Source: a virus (lineage: Duplodnaviria; Caudoviricetes). From it: 64,000 bases of DNA. This document shows positions 58,397 through 64,000 of this stretch, in pieces. How positions within the stretch are numbered: the first letter of the stretch is position 1; each line of letters starts with the position of its first letter. A model generated the notes under the pieces. The model worked only from the letters and a program-made list of their open reading frames with translations. It made no database searches and was not told the DNA's origin. Location: positions 12,503-76,502 of the IMG/VR virus record IMGVR_UViG_3300025706_000021. One strand, given 5' to 3'. The position numbers and the translations under genes are program-made.

Positions 58397-61300
58397 TTAG
58401 TATTGAAGAATTTCGTCGTCTTCGGTTAGTTCATCGACGCGCTTCCATTCGCCCGAAACGGTCTTGAGCTTGTGGTTGCCGGTCAGCTTCACAACCGTAC
58501 CGTCCTCAAACTCAATCTCATAAACCGGCTTAACGCCATTGAGGTATAGCTTGGTGACTTCGCGCTCGACATTGCCCTCGTCCAGAACCATCGTCTTGAT
58601 GGTTGGCTCAATCCAGGTGCCGTCTTGCATCGTCAGCAGCGCAGCTTCGGTAACTCCATGCTTGGCGAACAATTCACGCATGGTCAGAATACCTTCGGTC
58701 GTCTTGATTGCGGAATCAAGCGACGCGCAACCAGCGGGCTTCATGGTCGTGTTCGTGTGCGGAACAGCAACACCGATGCTCTGCGAGTATTCACGCGCTT
58801 CGTCCTGGATGGCTCGCTTGAATCGCGACAGGGTAAGCCAGAATTTCAGCGAGGCTTTTTCATTGACGAGATCCTTCCAGCCGTAACCGAAGCGTGCCCA
58901 TGCGTATTCATGCACGCCAGTCATCCCCACACCGATACGGTTGGTGCGGGCGACTTCCTTCGAATACAGTGAGTCCATCAGGTTCGTGCGAATCAGGGCG
59001 CGCGTGGTGACACGGAAAGCATCTTCGGCGTCATCATCCCAATCGCGACCGGTTGTTTCCATCCAGAACTCGCCGCGCACACCGGAACCCGCATGGAAGG
59101 GAACAACGTCAGCAATGACGCAGTAGCCACCCAGCTTGCCAAGCACGATCTCCCCGCATGGGTTGGTGATTACTTGAGTTTGACCGTCAGCGAAAGCCTT
59201 CGCTAGTGCCGCAGTCAGTTCGAGGGTTTCGTCGTCCAGCTTGTATTTCGCGCTCTCGGCGAACTTACCGTCGAGCAGTTTTTCGATACCTTCGCTGTTC
59301 CAGGTCAGCTTGTCGACGTTAATCAAACCTGGCTCGCCTGTCTGGTCGTAGTAGGCTGCTTCGCAGATCGCATCAAAGACGCGCTTTGCGTGTGCTTCGG
59401 CTTCAGTAACAAGCCCCTCCTTTTCGAGAAGAACCAGGCTTGGAGATTCCGCCATGACTGCGCGTGCCTTCTTTATTGCCTCTTTGGCACTCACGACGCA
59501 TGTCCAGAATTCTTCATCGACCGTGACGCTGTTGTTCGAAGACCACAGGAAGCCACCGCGCTTGACCTCGATGAACTCAAGAACGCTCTTGTCCTTCCAA
59601 TACTTCGTTGCCATGCGTGCCGCGCGGCGGGCACCACCCACCAGAACGCACTCTGCTGCATAGTGGTCTGCGTACATCGCAGAGCGCCACGGTGCCATAC
59701 CTGCATCACGCAGGGCGGCGATATTCATGATCGCCTTCATCAGAGCGCCTGGGCCAGATGCGGGGCGGTTCTGCATACCCGCGATTGGGGCACCACGCGG
59801 GCGAACGTCCGAGAAGTCGAGAATCAGCACGTCGTCACGGAAATTTTTCTTGAACGCAGTGCGCTCCATCGCCTCGATTGCCTTTGCCCAGCCCTCGCGA
59901 CTGTCAGGAACACGGAAGTAGCGAATGGTACGCCCAGCGTACAGGTGACGGGCGTTGCGATCATCAAGCGATGTGATTTCACCCGACTGAACATCCTTGT
60001 GGTGCTGATCGATAACCGGGATGGTAATCGGCATGTTTCGCCAATCGACCAGCATCATTTCGTCGTCGTATGCGCGCCCAACACCGGAGCCATTCAGCAG
60101 CAGGTAGAAGTTCAGGAAAGTGACGGCGGCGGTCGAGCAGTTTCCGGTAAGCAGTCCATTTGCGAGAACAAAAGATGTCGTTACAGGCTCTTCCGGGCAA
60201 TACACATTCGCGCGACCAACCGGCTCAATACTCTCGACCTTCCACTCAACGCCCTTACGCAAACGAAGGCAATGCAGTGCTTTCCCATTTGCAAATGATC
60301 CATCACCCTCCTTGCGCTCCATGACGCGGTGCATCGTGGTATTAAATCCAGCGATTGCGGCGTGTTCTTCAAGCCATTCAGCAGCGCTCTTATCGCAAGT
60401 GCTGATTTCCATAGAATTGAACTGATTCTTTGAGCCATCCGCGAGCCACCAGCCATAGATGAAACCCGCGATGTACTCAGGATCGCGTGAGAACGGAACT
60501 TCCTTCGCTCCCTCGAATTTTCCGATGTAATACACTCGGTCGCCGCCTGCGCTCGGAGGGGTCGTGAATTTATATCCAGCAGCGTCAAGGTATTCATGGA
60601 TCTCTTCGCGAACCTTATCCTGCTTACAGACGCGAATGCTTGCGTAAGTGCGGCCTTGCGAGAAGTGTCGCGCGCCGTCAATGCGTGACTTGTGCGCAGT
60701 GCCATCCCCAAAAATCAGACCGTGCGTGATACCGACTGGATCAAGCCCAAATGCGTCAGCAACAGGGGCGATGCAGTCACCGACGGCGATTGCGTCGGTG
60801 AACGACCCATCGCGCAGTTTCCAGCGATGATTCGCTGTAGCGGTGACGGTTTTGCGGAACTTACCCGCCGCGCCCTTCACTGGCTTGAAGGTGATCTCAA
60901 AAAGATCCTGCTCTCCATGTTCGTTAATCATCGCGGGGCGCGGCATGCCGTCACCAGCGATAACAGTCACGATCTGACCAGCAATTTTATCAAGCTCGAT
61001 TGGGCCATACTCCATCGTCAGAATGCGAGTCGAACCATCAAGGCAGTTCGTGAAGACTTCCTGGTTGCGTGTCGGTTGTGTTTCGTCGCCGTGCTGTAGG
61101 TGACGACCGGACATCAGCACCGATGCCTGACGCAAGTGATGATGCAGTGCATGGAATTCGTATTCGCGAAGCGCCGGGCCTCCAGGCTCAAGCATCGAAT
61201 TGCCAACAGCGACGCGGCGCGCAACGTCGGCCCACTTCTCGGTGACAATGTGTTCAGTGACATGCAGCTTGATTTTCAGGGAGAGGTCATCACCCTCAAG

Positions 61301-61510
61301 AACGTCGTATTCCTCGGCAACCAAGCCCTTCGATTTGCAGTAAGCGGCAACTTCGCTGTCCAGCGCAACGCTATCCATTCGCGGCAGGTCGATGATCTCG
61401 TAATACAGTGGAACCGGAACTTCGATTTTGCGGTTGATGGTGCGGTCTGCAACCGCATCCCCGATGCCTTTTGCGTAGTCGCGCGCCGGGGTTGTGAAGC
61501 TATTGAGCAT
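58397..61510 (-). CDS. nrdJ: Class II (B12-dependent) RNR N-terminal fragment with a contiguous intein and a split IntN
   Basis: SGRHL, TN|C, GVG, VGGARRAA, EPG, TNPCGEI, KPAG|C. Confidence 0.93.
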   Translation of the reverse strand: MLNSFTTPARDYAKGIGDAVADRTINRKIEVPVPLYYEIIDLPRMDSVALDSEVAAYCKSKGLVAEEYDVLEGDDLSLKIKLHVTEHIVTEKWADVARRVAVGNSMLEPGGPALREYEFHALHHHLRQASVLMSGRHLQHGDETQPTRNQEVFTNCLDGSTRILTMEYGPIELDKIAGQIVTVIAGDGMPRPAMINEHGEQDLFEITFKPVKGAAGKFRKTVTATANHRWKLRDGSFTDAIAVGDCIAPVADAFGLDPVGITHGLIFGDGTAHKSRIDGARHFSQGRTYASIRVCKQDKVREEIHEYLDAAGYKFTTPPSAGGDRVYYIGKFEGAKEVPFSRDPEYIAGFIYGWWLADGSKNQFNSMEISTCDKSAAEWLEEHAAIAGFNTTMHRVMERKEGDGSFANGKALHCLRLRKGVEWKVESIEPVGRANVYCPEEPVTTSFVLANGLLTGNCSTAAVTFLNFYLLLNGSGVGRAYDDEMMLVDWRNMPITIPVIDQHHKDVQSGEITSLDDRNARHLYAGRTIRYFRVPDSREGWAKAIEAMERTAFKKNFRDDVLILDFSDVRPRGAPIAGMQNRPASGPGALMKAIMNIAALRDAGMAPWRSAMYADHYAAECVLVGGARRAARMATKYWKDKSVLEFIEVKRGGFLWSSNNSVTVDEEFWTCVVSAKEAIKKARAVMAESPSLVLLEKEGLVTEAEAHAKRVFDAICEAAYYDQTGEPGLINVDKLTWNSEGIEKLLDGKFAESAKYKLDDETLELTAALAKAFADGQTQVITNPCGEIVLGKLGGYCVIADVVPFHAGSGVRGEFWMETTGRDWDDDAEDAFRVTTRALIRTNLMDSLYSKEVARTNRIGVGMTGVHEYAWARFGYGWKDLVNEKASLKFWLTLSRFKRAIQDEAREYSQSIGVAVPHTNTTMKPAGCASLDSAIKTTEGILTMRELFAKHGVTEAALLTMQDGTWIEPTIKTMVLDEGNVEREVTKLYLNGVKPVYEIEFEDGTVVKLTGNHKLKTVSGEWKRVDELTEDDEILQY
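58400..58729 (-). mobile_element. Split intein N-fragment (110 aa)
   Basis: CASLDSAI...KLTGNHKL...ELTEDDEILQY-stop. Confidence 0.9.
60140..61045 (-). mobile_element. Contiguous 302-aa intein with a LAGLIDADG-like domain
   Basis: CLDGSTRI, TANHRW, GLIFGDG / GWWLADG, ends VLANGLLTGN|C. Confidence 0.92.
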
Positions 61511-61584
61511 TAAATCTCCTTGTAGGATGTTATTGGAAAGGGATGGAACAGTAACTCAATCGTGACTTACTGTTCAAGGGAAAT

Positions 61585-62157
61585 TTACGCCGCAAGCGCT
61601 TTCATCATCTGCGCAGCCTGAGCGAACTGATCGGTAAGAACACCGGCATGGATTGCAGCGCAGGCGTCGGCGAGGTGTTCGTTATTCAGGGTCGGGGTCA
61701 GAATTCCACCGCGCTTGACCGCGAGCCAGGGTGCCTTCGGGTATTTGTCGAAAGCCCATTCGATCATTTCCTGCTTTGCTGCGTGCTTGCTTCCCGTCGC
61801 TGCCAGCTTGACTTCGCTTGGTGTGACCTGAATCATCGGGATCGGACAAGCTGCAAGCACCCCAATGCAGATGCCGTAGCTTGCCATTGCGCGGGCAGAT
61901 TGAGAACCAACGGGCACCTCTGCGAATGCAAGCGCGTAGCCCTTGCATTCACGCACGATGGCGTTATGAAGAATCTGAGCGCGGTCGAGATCATCGCAGT
62001 TCTTGCGAACCACCTTCGCCATCTTCTTGTTCGCCTCGGTCTCGATCAGAACAACGTCCGTAACGTCAATTTCGAGCGTTTCGAGGTCGAGAAGCGCCTT
62101 GCAGAACCCGAAATTACGCAGGGATGGGTCAAGTCCGATGACTTTGATCTTGCTCAT
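61585..62157 (-). CDS. RuvC-like Holliday junction resolvase
   Basis: IGLDPSL, FAEVP, TPSEVK, HLADA. Confidence 0.88.
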   Translation of the reverse strand: MSKIKVIGLDPSLRNFGFCKALLDLETLEIDVTDVVLIETEANKKMAKVVRKNCDDLDRAQILHNAIVRECKGYALAFAEVPVGSQSARAMASYGICIGVLAACPIPMIQVTPSEVKLAATGSKHAAKQEMIEWAFDKYPKAPWLAVKRGGILTPTLNNEHLADACAAIHAGVLTDQFAQAAQMMKALAA

Positions 62158-62714
62158 GCTTTTTCCTTTTTGTACTGTTCGATTTTCGCCAACCCTTCGG
62201 TCAGCAGTGACTTCGCTTTTGAGTATAGAGTTGGATCACCATCGCCCAGCACCTCAAGCAGAAGTTTCTTTTCTTCCAGGTAAACTGCGGCGAACTCGAT
62301 GTCGTGTTCAACGATGCTCTTGGTGTTGGAGATCAAATCCGCCAACTTGATCGTCTTCGCCTCGGGCGGCGCAATCGCGATATGCTCGCGGTCGATCTTT
62401 TTGCGTTGCTTGCGATTACCATCGGTTGCTTTCGACTGGTCGGTCAGCCAAAACACCAGCGCGGCGACATCTGCCCCGAATTCATCAAACAAAAACTCGA
62501 ATGTGATTTTCGTGTCCTCAAGAACGTCGTGCAGGTACGCAGCCGCAATCATGTGCGAATTGTGCGGGACGGTTCGAACGATTCTCGCCACTTCGAGCGG
62601 ATGAACAAAGTACGGCTCGCCAGTGTATTTGCGCTTCTGCCCCACCGCAGCATGCGCGATCTTCGCGAACTCGTAAGCAGCCAACTCCCCAACTACATCC
62701 TTGTGTGTCACCAT
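62154..62714 (-). CDS. HD-domain (p)ppGpp hydrolase-like protein
   Basis: AH..QKRKYTGEPYFVHP, LHDVLEDT, IKLADLISN. Confidence 0.88.
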   Translation of the reverse strand: MVTHKDVVGELAAYEFAKIAHAAVGQKRKYTGEPYFVHPLEVARIVRTVPHNSHMIAAAYLHDVLEDTKITFEFLFDEFGADVAALVFWLTDQSKATDGNRKQRKKIDREHIAIAPPEAKTIKLADLISNTKSIVEHDIEFAAVYLEEKKLLLEVLGDGDPTLYSKAKSLLTEGLAKIEQYKKEKA

Positions 62715-63208
62715 GATCCAAATCTCCTATCTTGCATTCGTGATTCAAGCAAAGCCGCCTGGTGGGCTTCGTCCTCAATGCGCTGCGCCTCTTTCCTTGC
62801 TTCAATGACGGTACTATCCGTATCACCCGTCAGCCCGTATGTTTGGACAAACTGATCTACGATGTCTTGATACCCTTCGAGAGCATTCTCTGCGACAGAA
62901 GCAGGAAACTCATATATCGACGTTAGGTCGTCGCAGCGACGCGCCTGAATAATCACACCATCGCGCTTCCCCAAGTATGCAAAGACAATCAAAAATGTCT
63001 CGCCACCCACCATCGCCTTCTTCGCAAACCCGGAGGGCATTCGGTATGTTACGTTCATAGGCTGGTTCAAATCACACTCGGTAACTCCGCTTTTCGACAA
63101 CTCATTGAGGAAGTCTCTGAACCTGACTACGATTTCAGTTTGACTATGACCAACCTGCTCAGCAAGAAGCAGAAGCGCGGCCATAGTCATCGAATCTTTT
63201 ACGGACAT
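62708..63208 (-). CDS. Hypothetical protein ending RFGSW
   Basis: Start at MSVKDS inside the track ORF. Confidence 0.7.
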   Translation of the reverse strand: MSVKDSMTMAALLLLAEQVGHSQTEIVVRFRDFLNELSKSGVTECDLNQPMNVTYRMPSGFAKKAMVGGETFLIVFAYLGKRDGVIIQARRCDDLTSIYEFPASVAENALEGYQDIVDQFVQTYGLTGDTDSTVIEARKEAQRIEDEAHQAALLESRMQDRRFGSW

Positions 63209-63774
63209 GGGGCAATCCCGGTAACATGGTTCCACGATCTTCCGCGTAAAATGTGATTTATTGTCGCCCTTCCGACCCCAAAGTCTTTGGCTAAATCGCA
63301 CTGTGCGCGACCGTTATTCGCCATCTCAATGATGGATATAACGCACTTCTCCGTAAGCACCGCTCTTCCGTTTCGCTCCCCAATAACTTCAGTTCCGTGC
63401 GCTTGCTTATCTTCGGCATTCTCTAGCTTCGTTCCCCAGCGCAAATTTTCAACAGAATTATTTTCGCGGTTATTATCTTTATGGCAAACCTCATGACCGT
63501 CTGGTCGCGGCCCAATATGGGCGATGGCAACCACGGAATGAACGGTATGCTGCGTCATACTCCCGTTATCACACAGTCCAATAACCATATATCCAGATTT
63601 ATGCTTGACCGCCTTTAGACGCTTGCCCCTCGCGACTCTGAGCGATCCGCCCTTTGTCGCAACCTGCCTATCAATAGACGACACCCTTCCGAAGTTGGAG
63701 ACAATATACTTGCCCTCATACCCAACCACATCTTTCCATTCTTCCATATCAACATCTGTCACACGAAGAAACAT
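63199..63774 (-). mobile_element. NUMOD4-HNH homing endonuclease
   Basis: EEWKDVVGYEGKYIVSNFGRV, CHKDNNRENN..ENLRWGT. Confidence 0.93.
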
Positions 63775-63789
63775 TATGTCACGGATGAC

Positions 63790-64000
63790 TTAGCAACACA
63801 ATGCCCCATCTATCATGGAAAGCCCACCTCTTTTTGTTACAGTCGCAACCTGATCTATCCAGTCTGTGAGTGAATTGTGCGAAATAACCAATATTGTTCC
63901 GCGCTCCCTCGCTTTTCTCTCAAGCACTGCCATCAATCTTTCAAGCCCGGCTGCATCGAGAGCGTCATCAACTTCATCCGCGATATACAGGCTGATCGGC
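63790..64000 (-). CDS. C-terminus of SbcC/Rad50/gp46-like ATPase (partial)
   Basis: Manual translation LYIADEVDDALD...ILVISH. Confidence 0.88.
   Translation of the reverse strand, partial: PISLYIADEVDDALDAAGLERLMAVLERKARERGTILVISHNSLTDWIDQVATVTKRGGLSMIDGALCC

Noticed and set aside
61510-61585. Cobalamin riboswitch expected before a B12-dependent RNR
   Set aside because: Only 75 nt of intergenic space and no B12-box seen.

Overview
This is a 64-kb slice of a large dsDNA tailed-phage genome with a lambda-like tail tip. The host is probably a proteobacterium, and the gene set and order resemble the SSU5/pHCM2 phage-plasmid group (inference, not searched). Almost everything is on the minus strand. 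Layout: (1) 1-19.4 kb virion module: tail tip J/I/K/L/M, tape measure, frameshifted chaperones, tube, neck, capsid, scaffold, portal, TerL/TerS. (2) 19.8-25.2 kb: wHTH, GNAT, thioredoxin, ABC-ATPase, GIY-YIG and two ParB genes. (3) 25.3-28.6 kb: a short plus-strand helicase operon. (4) 28.6-33.7 kb: a repeat-rich, gene-poor control region. (5) 33-50 kb: small early/accessory genes, three tRNAs and two broken RNA ligases. (6) 50-64 kb: nucleotide metabolism and recombination (dNMP kinase, dUTPase, ThyX, class II RNR, RuvC-like, HD, SbcC-like) with six homing endonucleases. Most notable observations: nrdJ is fractured into two genes joined by a naturally split intein (Thr+1) with a free-standing HNH gene between the halves, and it carries a second, contiguous intein. 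The tail-tip J protein begins with a Hint domain that lacks a +1 nucleophile. More than 30 AAGTCA-N4-TGACTT palindromes sit at gene boundaries. A second 18-bp motif, TATGG-N7-GCCGTA, occurs at 10 sites. Six unrelated proteins share a C-terminal (W/F/A)-(G/A)-(S/T)-W tag. A ParB-ABC-GNAT cluster next to the terminase may modify DNA. All functional names come from motif recognition by eye; no database searches were run.
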